From Podarcis pityusensis (taxonomy: Eukaryota): a stretch of DNA of 64,000 bases. The stretch's first letter is position 1, and each line of letters begins with the position of its first letter. The notes beneath the pieces are model-generated. The model was not told the origin of the DNA and did not search any database. It saw only the letters and a list, made by a program, of their open reading frames with translations. The stretch lies in NCBI GenBank assembly GCA_964106645.2, contig OZ067038.1. The stretch is one strand, 5' to 3'. Below, in pieces: positions 15,229 to 27,610 of the stretch. The position numbers and the translations under genes are program-made.

Positions 15229-15470
15229 CAGAAGTACCTCGTGTTACGTACCATCTCCCTTATGAATGCTGTGGGTTACGCACTCCGCTAACCCGGAAGT
15301 AGATGCCCCTTGTTGCGACCTTTGCCGTGGGATGCAAGCGGAAGTCGTACTCTGGCGGCGCGGCAGCAGCGGGAGGCGCCATTAGAGAAAGTGCGCCTCA
15401 TGTTACAAGCAGTTTCCTGTTACGAACGGACCTCCGGAATGGATTAAGTACGTTACACGAGGTACCACTG
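15229..15470. mobile_element. Tc1/mariner (Tigger-like) MITE
   Basis: TA|CAGAAGTACCTCGTGTTACG ... CGTTACACGAGGTACCACTG|TG. Confidence 0.85.
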
Positions 15471-15578
15471 TGTATATCTTAAGTTTTGTATGACAACAAT
15501 TACATTATTAAAATTATTATTAAACATTAAGTTACAAGGTTGTATGAAAAGAGTTAACAGGTTACACACTGGGAAAGG

Positions 15579-15960
15579 TAAAAAGTAAGAAGGTAAAGGA
15601 CCCCTGGACAGTTACGTTCAGTCAAAGGTAACTCTGGGGTTGCGGCGCTCATCTCCCTTTCAGGCTGAGGGAGCTGGCGTTTGTCCACAGACAGCTTTCT
15701 GGGTCATGTGGCCAGCATGACACTTCTGGCATAACAGAACACTGTGATGGAAACCAGAGTGCACAGAAATGGCGTTTACCTTCCCGTCACAGCTGTACCT
15801 ATTTATCTACTTGCACTGGTGTGCTTTCGAACTGCTAGGTTGGCAAGGGCTGAGACAGAGCAATGGGAGCTCACTCCATTGTGGGGATTCGAAATGCTGA
15901 CCTTCTGATCAGCAAACCCAAGAGGCTCAGTGGTTTAGACCACAGCGCCACCTGCATCCC
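15579..15960 (-). mobile_element. Sauria SINE
   Basis: (ACCTTT)-type tail on the minus strand, GGGGTTGCGGCGCTCATCTC core, 5' end GGGATGCAGGTGGCGCTGTGG. Degenerate TSD TTACAC...GAAAGG. Confidence 0.92.
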
Positions 15961-16516
15961 TTACACTCAGAAAGGAAACAGTTACAGAAGGATGGTCTCA
16001 TCAGATGAAAACTGTAACTATTAATGTGAAAACTGTGAAGGCCTCCCTCAACACTGATATTGCCTCCAAGGGATACAGACTTTTTATTGCATGATTCATA
16101 TTATAACTATCATTATAAGATTTTCTAAAGACATATTAAGCAAAAGAAATAAAGAATGAAAAACTCAAAGTAGCCACTAGTTCTGATAGCTGAAGGAAGC
16201 CTCCGTGTTCAGAGACAGTGCATATCGAAGAACTCAGTGCTGGGAACCAACAAAGAGGACCGTTACAACCTGCTCAGGATATCTAGCTAATGGTTGCTGG
16301 AGGTAGCTGGTATAGGTGGACCTAGCACAATCCTTAAATCCTCAAATTAAATGAAGAATCTGTAGTTCACAATAAAATGCAAAGCTGAAGCTTCCCTAAA
16401 TCGCAGAATATTTATTTCCATAAATATAAATGTTATGTTTCTTCTGGGTACAGGAAAAAAAGACACCGACCAGCACAGAGAAGTTGGAGCAGCTCACCTA
16501 CCAGCAATGGATTTAG

Positions 16517-16566
16517 AAGGAAGGAAGGAAGGAAGGAAGGAAGGAAGGAAGGAAGGAAGGAAGGAA
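16517..16566. repeat. (GGAA)n microsatellite
   Basis: Seen directly. Confidence 0.98.
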
Positions 16567-16931
16567 GATACCCTTCTTTGGTAAAGGTTTAGGATTTGAT
16601 GGTAGAAAGAGAATGAAGAAAGTGTTTGTGAGTAAAGATTGATGCATCTGTCCATTTCAGTTTCCTCTCAGATTCTCATTGTTCCAGTCTTAGGTTCAAG
16701 TTTGCCACATTTCCATATTAGTTTGTGATTTTAAATAATAATAATATTAATACGCACAGAAATTCACCATTTTATTAAGCATTATCCTAACACTCACATG
16801 TTATGCAGTCTTGCCCAATATATGCATTCCCCAATATAATGCATTTTTATATGTTATTTTCACTAATAAAAGTGTTTCTAAGCACACTTTCTCCTAATAT
16901 ACACATTATTTTTGGTTAGATAGCTGCATCT

Positions 16932-17093
16932 CATAAGAACTGAAGAAGAGCCTGCTGGATCAGACCAAAGACCCATCTAGTCCAAAATCCTGTTCTCACA
17001 CTGGCCAACCAAATGCCTGTGGGAAGCTCAAAAGCAGAACCTGTGTGCAAATTACACTCTGCCCAGCTCCAATTCTTAGCAACTAGTATTCAG
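16932..17093 (-). mobile_element. Older CR1 3'UTR fragment nested in a decayed DNA element
   Basis: CATAAGAAC...CTGCTGGATCAGACCAAAGACCCATCTAGTCC; similar copies at 52440-52525 and 56478-56640. Confidence 0.7.
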
Positions 17094-19010
17094 AGAAGTG
17101 CAAATTTCAAAGGGCGCCTGCGTTTTTATTCCTCTTTTGTTTCATGAAATGAAAATTCAGTAAATGTGAACTGAACTGAATTACTTCACCTTCCCTACTT
17201 GTGATGGCAAATGAACTTAAAGTTTGGGTATCTGGTCTTAGTTATCCCCTTTGTTACCAATTTTCATCAATACCAACTCACATCATACATGTGCACAAGA
17301 AGTATTTATTGTCTGGAAAAGTCAAGCATTCTGTTTTTACGGAAGACTTCAATTTCTTATCTTCTGCAATGTACAAAAGATTCTGTCTTGGGGGGTGCGG
17401 TTAGTCTCCAGGAAAATAAAAGGTTAGCTTATAAATAGCCTATATTAGTTTGCTGCTATGTAATTCAAATATCATAACGTAACCTAAGCGCTTTGCACCA
17501 AAAATGGGCACAGGGGAATGTTCTACAATAACTGGTCTGTGCCAACTAAGACCTTCAGAAACACTCAGCATTCAAAAGTGTCTTTTCCATAACTAAACAA
17601 ATTTAGAATTATCTCCAAGTGTAATCAAAATAGATGTGAGGCTGTATGAAAATTTCAAACTAGATCCAGCCTTTAAAGAATGAAGCCAGTTCAAAAATAG
17701 ATTGAGATTAAGTGAAAAGTATGCCACAGTCTTTGACTTGATCAGTAAACGCTGTCAGTAATGATTTCAGGGTGAAAGCATTGCCAGGATTGACAGCAGA
17801 TATCAGGATTGAGGATGGGGGGGAGAGGGGAGAGAGACATTACACTTCTTGAATGACAACACTGAAGTACAGTACAGAAATCCACTGCAAAAGACAAAGC
17901 GGGAAAAGTGTGCGAAAGATGACAAAGCGCTATGGGTGGAAACCAATTCCTAAGTGCTTTTTCACCTTAGAGCTCACAGTGCCCAACCAACCATGGCAGA
18001 CTCCTCTGTGTAGATTCATCACCTGCTGCCAGAGCATGGGGTTCACACATTCTGCAGCGCATACGTGGAGAGGCCACAGAATTGCCATCGTGGGGCTGCA
18101 TGCAGACTATGCGACAACAGAAAAATGCAATCAGACAAAAGAGCTGCATCTGATTTAGGCCTCCACACAGATGACCTCAGCTATATGTTTAAAAGCTATG
18201 CCCTAACTTTGTGCATAACAAGGCAGCACAGGAATGCACTGTTACACTCTCATCCACATCTGCACATACGAGAAAAGTGCTTTACAACCTCCAGATGTTT
18301 CATGACATTCCACCAGTTGAAAAGCCCTGCTCTACAGTGTCGGCTTGAATTTCTGCCCATGATCATTCCTAAGATTTCAATATGTGCCCTTGGGCCTTCA
18401 AAACATATATATACAGCAATGTTCATCTGAATATGGCATACTTGAAGTTTTAGGGCACTATCAAACTAAGTTGCTCCATCAACACAAGGGTTTCCATTTG
18501 TGCAAAGAAACTCCCACCTCCTTCTCATCCCATGTGTACCCTGTTCCCTCTCCAAATCTGCTCTGGTGTGTTGCATGGAAACCCAGAACAGATTTAGGAG
18601 GCACACATGGGGAAATTCCATAGCACAAGTGTAAATCCTTGCATTAGCTGGATACTGCCCTTAATATGCACTTTTCTCAAATGCTTTTCTCAAAAAGTGC
18701 TAATATGCACTTTTAATTATATATTCTATCTTGCGACTTTAGACCATTGGTCTTAGGAAAAAGTAGCTTGCTCACTGTTTCCTGTCATTAGGTCAGATGA
18801 CCCTGTGATTGACATGGAATAGCAGCGACCCAGCAGAGAGATTCTGTCTGCTTTCCACTCTGCTGAACTGTTATGCGACCCAGTAGGTAGTTGATTAAAA
18901 CTATACCCTGGGAGTAGGGAAAAATAGAATTCATTTTACTCACAACATATTGAGAAAATGTGAAGCCCTTGGGTATCTTGGCCACATGATGAAATGTAAA
19001 CAAGGAGTTT

Positions 19011-19342
19011 TTGTTTTTGTTTTTAAATGATATTTATTAAAGTTTCGCATAAAAAGAGACACATCAATAAGAAGAAGATTTAAAATTAAAAAGAAAAATA
19101 CAGTATACAAAATACAGAAAGAAAAAAAAAAAGAAAAAACAGTTAAAAACACTTCCATCCTTTCATCACTACTTTTGGATTTACTTATTTTCTGGACCTC
19201 CTCATACCTCTCTCTTTTGTATTCCAATTCAGTTTGTTTGTCCAGCAATTCCTTTCCCTCCTTTTTAATCCCAATCCTTGATCTTAATATAATATAACAT
19301 TAAATTTTTACCTATTAATAGCCAATTTTCCATTCTTTTAAC
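19011..19342 (-). mobile_element. L1-like LINE 3' end
   Basis: Perfect 15-bp TSD GTAAACAAGGAGTTT (18996-19010 and 19343-19357); A-rich tail and AATAAA on the minus strand. Confidence 0.8.
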
Positions 19343-19363
19343 GTAAACAAGGAGTTTAGATTG

Positions 19364-19365
<2 letters not shown>

Positions 19366-19402
<37 letters not shown>
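19366..19402. repeat. (GT)n microsatellite
   Basis: Seen directly. Confidence 0.98.
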
Positions 19403-19405
<3 letters not shown>

Positions 19406-19799
19406 AAAATACGCTCAACTTGCAAACATTTTTCTTATGTATTCTAAACCTGAGTGTTATAGAATGTGAAATGTTCAGCCAGCAGTTGAGATAAGGTTTT
19501 GGGGTGAATTTTTATCTGAATTCATGTGTAGGGAAAGGGAAGACAGCAGACTCTAGAAAGAACCAATGCACAGTGCATATCTTGTATTTTGCTTACTGAG
19601 GTTGAACCTATACTCTGCCCTCCAAATTTCTGAGCCTAAAAAAGCTCTGCATTGATGCTTTTTCTTCATAACCATGAGGACTAGAATCATGTCTTTTAAA
19701 ACTGACATTAACATTCTCAGAATCCTGCAACAGGCTATTCCAGGACTACCCTATCTGGAGAATCCCCAAGAATCCTCAAACCAGAAGAGGACAGGCTTC

Positions 19800-21950
19800 A
19801 GGTAAGCATCACGAGGGGGGAAAACTCAGTTGCAGTATGCACACTTACTAGGCAATCTAATTAATAGGCAATGCTTGATTTTGTGAGAAACCTTTGATTG
19901 CTCAGATCTTTTTTCTTTTTTTGGACAAGGGCAACCACCCTGTGATGATATAGCAGGTTCACCGTAGCATAGCCAACCTTATCATTCTGCACAGAACTCT
20001 GCTTGGAATACAAACACGTTTCATCCATCTTTAGGACTACAATGGCTGCCATTAAGAGCAGGAATGGGAAGCCGTATTAAAAAAGAGAGAGAATCATGCT
20101 GATTTGCCCATAAAATGCTCAGCAGGTTCACCAGTACAGACTGATGTAGCAGGAACCATGAAGTCCCAGTGGAACTGATTAAATTGGATGTTTGCAGTGT
20201 GCCTCGGTGCTCAATAGCTTGCCATGGCAGTTTTATTTCACCTCTCCAGGATGTTGTACAAATATAGGAAGCCATTTTCAGACTCCTGCATGACCAAAGA
20301 ATATATATATTATTCTCATAACAGACTCCCCACCACCTGGTAGCAGGTGCGTTAAAGCATAGTTTATCAGGTATATCAGCTGCCTGACAGATTAATAGGC
20401 TTTTAGCATCAGAGGAGGCAGGTCCCGCCAGTGTCAATGAACTCAGGTTTCCATTAGCAACTATAGTAGAGAGTACTGCGTCAAATGATAGCTCTGTGGC
20501 TGCCAAATGCTTTGCGTTCCTCTCCACCACCATCACCCCGATCCAGTGCTTCAGCAATGAGAAGGACAGATGGTCTCTGGATCCTTTTACACAAAATGAT
20601 GCAAAAACCACACACAAAAAAACCCAGCCCCCAAACAAAACCTAGGAAACTGCTGGATGCTAATATGAAGACAGTTTAGATGCCCAGACTGCGACAGCAT
20701 TCATAGGGAGACAAAAGATTCCTCCAGAGAAGGTTCCACTGCAGCTGCCTTTATGGTTGTGGAAACACACTCCTGAGAGACCCTGAGGTTAGGGAAATGA
20801 CAAAAGTAAAGATAAGGATAAGGCAATATTTACCTGGCCCAAGGAAGGGTGGACAAAGAGAAAAAGTCCCTTGAGTATTGTCATGAACTGCTGAATCCAG
20901 GATTTCTCTCCCAGCAAATGAGAAGCAGGTGGCTGGTCCACTCAAATGCATGGACACTGATAAGAGGGTACTCTCTCATCAAGAGATCATCAGGCTCAGG
21001 TGCAGATGGGGTGGCTGTGAAGCCAAGCCTGCTCACCACCCTGGGTTTTAAAAACCTTCACAATCAAGTTTCAAAAATAGAATATGCTTAATTTGGGTTA
21101 ACATTAGCTGGTGCTTCTCATGAGGGTCCTGATTGATCTGGGAGGAAAACCGCAAGCTATCTTCACTTTCTGGAAACAGTTGAAGAGCTTTTTATTCTGA
21201 CAAGCTTTTCCAGCTGGATAATTTGGTCTTTACCATGAGTATCTGCTTGCATTAGACAATGGTAGAGGTTTGGGGGACTTATTAGGCTTGCACTTGCATG
21301 GCCAATTATGCAAATAGATCGTTTCAGGGAAATTTGCCAATGCAGCAGCTACTGCCTGTGGAAAGGTTATTTGGCAGGAGCCACCAGGGTTTCTCCTGAT
21401 GGGAGCATACTTAGTTTGAACTGGTTCCTCTGGTTCCCTACAATAGTACTACAGCCATTGCTCAGAGCAAAGCCAAAATAAGCACACTCCCAAAAGAGAT
21501 ACGAGAGCCTTCTTAATCATGCAGAAGCTGCACCAATAGTGTTGGTAGACACATCTGGGGAAGTTTGTAGCAGCATCCCCTCTATCCACCCTGGTCTCAG
21601 TGATACAGTGTAAACTGAAAAATGTGGGGGGTGACCTTCAGTGGCTCTGATGAGGGGCAGTGGATGTGCTGCTTGAAGAAGTGCTTAAGCTGTCACCACC
21701 AATGCTCAACCTATCCACATATAAACCCAAATGTCACAAAAACTCTGTAAGTCTCCAACAATCTCTTCTTCAGCAGAAAGCTACCCTTGGCAATACTGCT
21801 TACCTTAATTAGTAGTGTGGCGTTGTAGAATGGTCTGCCATGGCAGCTGCAACTTCGGATCATTCAGCTGGTAGGAGATATCCCTCTCCTCCAGCTGGAA
21901 AGTTGAATCTGGCTCACCTGCTGGATTGATCAATGGTAGGCGGGCTCAAG
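19800..21950 (+). pseudogene. Ancient, heavily decayed L1/Tx1-clade ORF2 fossil
   Basis: Collinear remnants across frames: (G)TDGL at ~20565, LLDANMK at ~20650, IH at ~20699, DKEK at ~20852, a GVRQG-like segment at ~21000, WGGDL...QW at ~21625-21663 and WRC at 21818. Boundaries are uncertain. Confidence 0.45.
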
Positions 21951-22240
21951 GGTGGGCTCATTCCAGGGAGCAGAGCTGGTCCACTTCCCAGGGATAAAAG
22001 CAGGGCTGCCTCTCACCCTTTTTTCAGCAGTGTGATTTAAGACTAAGCACCCCTTCCTCCAATACTGTAGACCCACTTTAACATGGTTGCCTTTAATCTT
22101 ATAAAGACAGAAATTATGAAATCTGATCATGGACCTCCTGTGTGACATACTGTATGGTGCTAGCAAATGCACTTTGGCACAAGCTGTCATCATGGACAGG
22201 AGATTGTTTCTTTTGATGCGTGCTTCATGACACATCCATG

Positions 22241-22298
22241 TGATGAAGGAAGATCTTGCCTGTGAATGCTCATGCCAAAATAAATGTGTTAGCCTTAA
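22241..22298 (+). mobile_element. Older Penelope-like pLTR remnant
   Basis: TGATGAAG...GAATGCTCATGCCAAAATAAATGTGTTAGCCTTAA resembles a decayed hammerhead-containing pLTR. Confidence 0.4.
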
Positions 22299-23460
22299 TA
22301 ATAATTTATTATTTATACCCCACCCATCTTGCGGCACTTTTGTTTGTTGTTTTTAGCCATAGCATAGAAGATGTCCAGTTAACCCAAGCAGAGAGACGAA
22401 AGGGCTGCCTTTAAAAGCTGGGCTAACTAAGCCAGAGAAAACAGCTGCTCCCTCTAATCAGTGCAAACAGCTATCAAGACTTGCTGCTTTCTGAAGAGCA
22501 GCCAATAATTGGTCATTTTAGCAAAAGCCAGGACACAAGTCCAATCACGCATCACCTTCTATCACTGGCACACCAACTCAGCCTCAGTGCCAGAGAAGGA
22601 GGTGGAAGGGTCTCCTTCAAGGGATATTAACATTAACTGTACACACAACAAGCTCATGTGTATGAGTGAAAAGGCCATTGAGCAAAGACGTTGCGTTGTA
22701 AGAAAATATCATGCTCAAAGTGTAAGGTCTAAAAACAGAAAATGACTTAGAGGACTCGAGTTCTAGTGTATCTCATATGGCAAAGCAGATCTCTCATTTG
22801 TAAATGTAATAAAATAAAGTAAAAAAAATTATTTCCTTCTAATAGGCCTCTGTATACAATAGAGACTTAATCTACAGTTAAGGAGGGGAGAGAAGGACCC
22901 ATGCTCAATAGTACAAATGTGCTTCACTTTGATTGGATACTGCCCTTAAATGTCAACAGCATAATGTATATAATAAAGCTACCCATTCTTTCTGTTCTGC
23001 TTTGCCAACATCCATTTGAAAAGGAGGAAGAATATTTACAGTAAACAGTCCTAAAGTTATAACAATTTGCGGTGCCTTAAAGGCTAATTGTTCATTGTGG
23101 CATAAGCTTATATAGACCAGAGCCAGCTCTGTCAGATACACAAGTTGCTATCTTGAGTTTGTATATCTATACATCCATGTGTGTAGAGAAAGAAAAAAGC
23201 TGGACCCATTAGCCGCACACAATATCCAAGAGGAACAGTCCATGATAATCCCATGTGAATTCTAAAAGACCAATGGCCAGTACAGCTTCTTCTGATGTCA
23301 CCTTTAACAGTGTGGAAGATGCTGCAGCATGACTCCACCCAGTGCTATTTGAGAAGATGGGAAGTCTGAAGCCACATGATAAGGCAGGAGACCACACTAT
23401 TGTACCCTTTTGCACTAGCTCTGCCCTTGGCGTGGGAAGAAACCAGAGATGTGGCTTAGA

Positions 23461-23770
23461 CAAGGGTCAGCAAACTTTGTCAGCAGGGGGCCGGTCCACT
23501 GTCCCTCAGACCTTGTGGGGGGGCCAGACTATTTTTTGGGGGGGAATGAACGAATTCCTATGCCCCACAAATAACCCAGAGATGCATTTTAAATTAAAGG
23601 ACATGTTCTACTCATGTAAAAACACACTGATTCCCGGACCGTCCGCGGGATGGGTTTAGAAGGCAATTGGGCCAGATTTAGGATTGAAGTTGTTGAGCCA
23701 TTTTTATGGGGGCCAGATTAAATCGACCAACAGGCGGCCAGATTAGGCCCCCAAAACGGACTTTGGACAT
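23461..23770. mobile_element. hAT (Charlie-like) non-autonomous element
   Basis: Begins CAAGGGTCAGCAAACTTT, has GGGCCG/GGGCCAGA subterminal repeats, ends CTTTGGACAT. Flanks GGCTTAGA / GGATTAGA. Confidence 0.65.
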
Positions 23771-24643
23771 GGATTAGATCATCTGATGTCGCTGAACAAG
23801 CTCAGGAAGAGACTAAGATGCCTCTAAAGGTATTGTTAAGAGGTGATTGAGAACAGATCAGGGCATTTCTTTTAATCATTTCACAATCACTACTTCCAAT
23901 AGGGTGTGTCCCCAACTTTTCAGTTAGCATATTTGAAAGATCTTTGAATCTGAAATTAAAGCTATGCTTTCATTTTCAGGCTGATTAAATAGGAATTGTC
24001 TTACGAGTATGAAAATGCATTAGAATATTGCTCTTCCATCTAGAAATACTCTTTGTAGAAGAGTAGAAAAAGTAAACACTCATTATGCAGGGATGTGCGA
24101 AAAGAACAAGGAGGAGGATTGGCTTATCCTAAGGGTTAATTAGTAGACATCAATTAATATTATGAATCTGCCTTTAGAACTGTTATGCTACCTGAAAATC
24201 TAATTATCTTGGAGGTAACACTACACTTTATTTGAATATGTAACAGATGGTATAAGCATATAAATAGGCAAAGTACTTTTATGGCCTTTTAATGTTTGTC
24301 CAGCCATGAATGCTGTTAGCTAATGTGGAACTGCAGAGGACTGCATGTTCTGATGCCTGTCAATCTTCTTTTCTCATTTTACTATAATGAAAGTGACTCA
24401 TGCGCTCATTTTCATAGCAGCATGCCATATTGCTGCTCCAATCCTAAAACAACCCTAAAGTAACATACACACACGTTACCAAATTGTTTAGCAGATTTAG
24501 TATTTCAATGCTTCACCAAAGGCTAAAAACGTTGAGAGCTGAAATGGCAAGACACTGGCGTCACCATTTTTTATACTGCAGACACGTATTTCTTTCATGT
24601 CCATTCTAGACAAATGAGTCTGCAGGTTTTAGAATCACTATAC

Positions 24644-24828
24644 CAGGGGTAGTCAACCTTTTTATACCTACCGCCCACTAATGCATCTTTCTTGATGGTA
24701 AAATTTCCTTGCCACCCACCAGTGCTCGATGGAAGGAGGATTCAGCTTGTGCCATAGAACCCCCTACCACCCACCTAGAACCCTGAAACACCCACTAGTG
24801 GGAAGTAAGGACCAGGTTGACAACTCTG
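24644..24828. mobile_element. hAT-type MITE
   Basis: TIRs CAGGGGTAGTCAACC / GGTTGACAACTCTG and a perfect 8-bp TSD CACTATAC (24636-24643 and 24829-24836). Confidence 0.9.
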
Positions 24829-24841
24829 CACTATACAACCT

Positions 24842-25094
24842 TGAAACAAAATAAAACAAAAATTAAAAAATTAAAAAATCTTTCCAGTAGCACCTTAGAG
24901 ACCAACTCAGTTAGTTATTGGTATGAGCTTTCATGTGCATGCACACTTCTTCAGATATGCACATGAAAGCTCATACCAATAACTAACTTAGTTGGTCTCT
25001 AAGGTGCTACTGGAAGGAATTTTTTAATATATATTTTTATTTATTTTATTTTGTTTCGACTATGGCAGACCAACACGGCTACCTACCTGTAACT
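24842..25094. mobile_element. Penelope-like element pseudo-LTR fragment in inverted (fold-back) arrangement
   Basis: About 100-bp inverted arms (TTCCAGTAGCACCTTAGAGACCAACT...TGAGCTTTCATGTGCAT / ATGCACATGAAAGCTCA...AGTTGGTCTCTAAGGTGCTACTGGAA) and a 3' tail CTATGGCAGACCAACACGGCTACC. Near-TSD ACTATACAA(A)CCTTG at 24830-24843 and 25092-25106. Confidence 0.85.
24921..24958 (-). ncRNA. Minimal hammerhead ribozyme motif of the Penelope-like pLTR
   Basis: The minus strand reads UAU-CUGAAGA-A-GUGUG-CAUG-CACAU-GAAA-GCUC-AUAC: core boxes CUGANGA and GAAA, stem II, a palindromic AGCU stem III and a short stem I. Confidence 0.7.
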
Positions 25095-25866
25095 ATACAA
25101 ACCTTGTTGCTCCAAAATGATAGTGGGATGATTGTGCATACCACAGGTAGCAATGCCTCTTTTATGCCACCTTCAATTCTCTGATATAACACAGCATAAA
25201 ACAGTGGGCAAAAAAAACTGCTTACCCCATTTAGGGTGGGCAACAGTTGCAGCCTGGCACAGTTCCTCAGGAATGGAGGTGGCCCCCTCCTCCTTCCCAA
25301 CTGGCTGCAGGGGGTGACTGGATCACCTGCCAGATTCTAATTCAAACTGTCCCCCACCAAAGCCCTCCCCCCCCACTGGGCTGTAGTCTATTCTGGGAGG
25401 GGGGGGGGAGTGTGAGTTGGTTTACCTTCATGGTGGACCTCTCTCTATTGCTTATCTCCTTTCACCTTCTGTTGCAGCTACCAGGTTGAGATTCCTCATA
25501 GGGTTTGTGCTTCTTGGCCTCTGGTGTTGTTTGTTCAAAAAGTCCCCTTTGTGGTTATTCTTTTGTAACTATTGCCCCTAATCAAGTACTTTGCGCCCGC
25601 TTGCTACTTGTGAATCTACAGTTTCACAGGTCTATGAGCCAAAATGAATAGACTTTTACTATGCAACTTGAAGTTTGAGACACCTGTTGGAACTTGTGGT
25701 TGCTACGATGAGGTATTCATACAGGCATCAGCATCCTCCAGCTTGCCTGTTTGGGTTCCTCTGCGAGGGTGACACTGGCCCATAGTAGTATGTTTGGGTG
25801 TCCCACAGTGTACAAGCGCAAGGGCCAATCACTGATCCTAGGATGGCAGATAGGATACTGAACAGA

Positions 25867-25955
25867 GGTTCAATCCTAACCCCACTTAACTGGGAGTATA
25901 CCCCACTGAATTCAATAGGACTTGCTTCTGAGTAGACATGGTTAGGATTGCACTG
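25867..25955. repeat. Short quasi-palindromic interspersed repeat
   Basis: CAATCCTA...CTGGGAGTA...TGAATTCAAT...CTTCTGAGTAGA...TAGGATTGCA, with related copies at about 9650, 31825, 53117 and 53815. Confidence 0.7.
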
Positions 25956-26982
25956 TAAGCTGGCCACTCCTCTGTCACATGGTCATTCTCCCCCCCCCCC
26001 CGCCCATTGCTTTTGTCTTTGCCCCAGCATAGTACAGCTTTTGGTTCAGTGTGGGAGCACAAGGGTAAAATTCAGTGTGATTCTCCTCACACAGTGCTTA
26101 TCAAAGACTGCATTATTTGAAAAACAACAGCCCTAATATTGAGATGAGACAAATACTTCAGAAACGATTTCTAAAAGCTTCATGACAAATTCCCTGTTAG
26201 AAAGAAATGCTTTAATAACTATCCAGCTATTCTATTTCTAATTTCCATATTTTTACCTGTAAAGGAAGCATTCCCCGCTTCTATCAGCCTAGAAGACATT
26301 TCAGAAAAACTCATTTCCTCCATGCAAATGCATAATTTGTCCTTCTTTCCTAGAAAGCAGGCCATTCTGTGTAGCACACACCTCTCCTTCTTTTGACAAA
26401 TTACTACCGTTATTTAGAAAGATCAAATATTGTTTTCCCAAGGAAGAAACTTTTAAGACCTGCCAAAAAATTGGTTCTGTGGAATATGTCATTTCCTACT
26501 CAGGCTCCTGTCACTGAAAGAACTAACTTTCTGATATCTCATATACCCAACCATTTTTATGATAGCAGTTGCAACTAATGGTATGCCTGCAGTTTTGTTC
26601 TCTTGACAGAAGTGTTGATAGCATCAAGCATCTCAGCAGTTATTAGCAATATTTGTAACTACTGTGATACATGGGTAATGGGCAGGGCGGCGAAATCATG
26701 AGGCTGTAATAAGTATTCCATATTTTTTTACTTAGGTGTGTTGTAAGCAGCAAACTAGCCAGTGAGTTCCAAAATGAGCACTGAAAAGATTAGTGCTCCT
26801 TTTGGATCTAAAGTAAGACAGGGAAATTGAAGAAAAGCTAATGTTTCATGTGTGGTTGTTTTTTGCATCCTTGTTCATGGGGAAATTATTTTACTAATAT
26901 ATGGCAGTAGCTTCAATCAACTGCCAAAATGCAGCTAGCATATCTCTACCTTTGCTTACAGTCTAACTACTGTTGTTTATGC

Positions 26983-27610
26983 TCTGGTAACCTCAACTGC
27001 AATGTGTTATACATAGGGCTGCCTCTGAAGATGGTTTGGAAGCTTCAGCTAGTGCAGAATTTAGTGGCCAGGTTGCTCACCGGAACCAGACAGTTTGAAC
27101 ATATTACACCAATCCTGGTCCAACTGCACTGGCTGCCAATTAGTTTCTGGGCCCAATTAAAAGTGCTGATTTTGACCTATAAAGCCACAAATGGCTCAGA
27201 ACCACAATACCTCAAGGACCACCTCTTTCCACATGAAACTACCCAAACCCTGAGATCATCTTCTGAGGCCCTCCTTTGTGTGCCTCCTCGAGAAGTCCAG
27301 AGGGGGGCAACACGAGAACGGGCCTTCTCTGCAGTGGCTCCCCGTCTGTGGAATGCTCTCCCCAGGGAAGTTTGCCCGGCGCCTTCATTATACACTTAAG
27401 GTGCCAGGCAAAAACGTTCCTTTTTAACCAGGCCTTTGGTTGATTTGATTGACATCCTATGCCCTTTTAAAATGGGGGGGGGGGGATTGGGTTGTTGTTT
27501 TTATTTTGATTATGTGTTTTGTGGTTTTATATTCTGATTTTATTCTGTGAACCGCCCAGAGACCTGTGGGTTTAGGGTGGTATATAAATTCAATAAATAT
27601 TAAAATAATA
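26983..27610 (+). mobile_element. L2 LINE 3' fragment
   Basis: KLQLVQN...HITPILVQLHWLP...RAFSAVAPRLWNALP followed by an L2-type 3'UTR. Confidence 0.9.

Noticed and set aside
20021-20638. 205-aa minus-strand ORF as a host gene or endogenous viral gene
   Set aside because: No recognisable domain or splice structure, non-ATG start, and it lies antisense to the probable L1/Tx1 fossil.
25247-25620. Possible solo LTR
   Set aside because: LTR-like composition and a CTACA end, but no convincing left terminus or TSD.
26929-27399. 156-aa ORF as a host gene
   Set aside because: It is the L2 ORF2 C-terminus.
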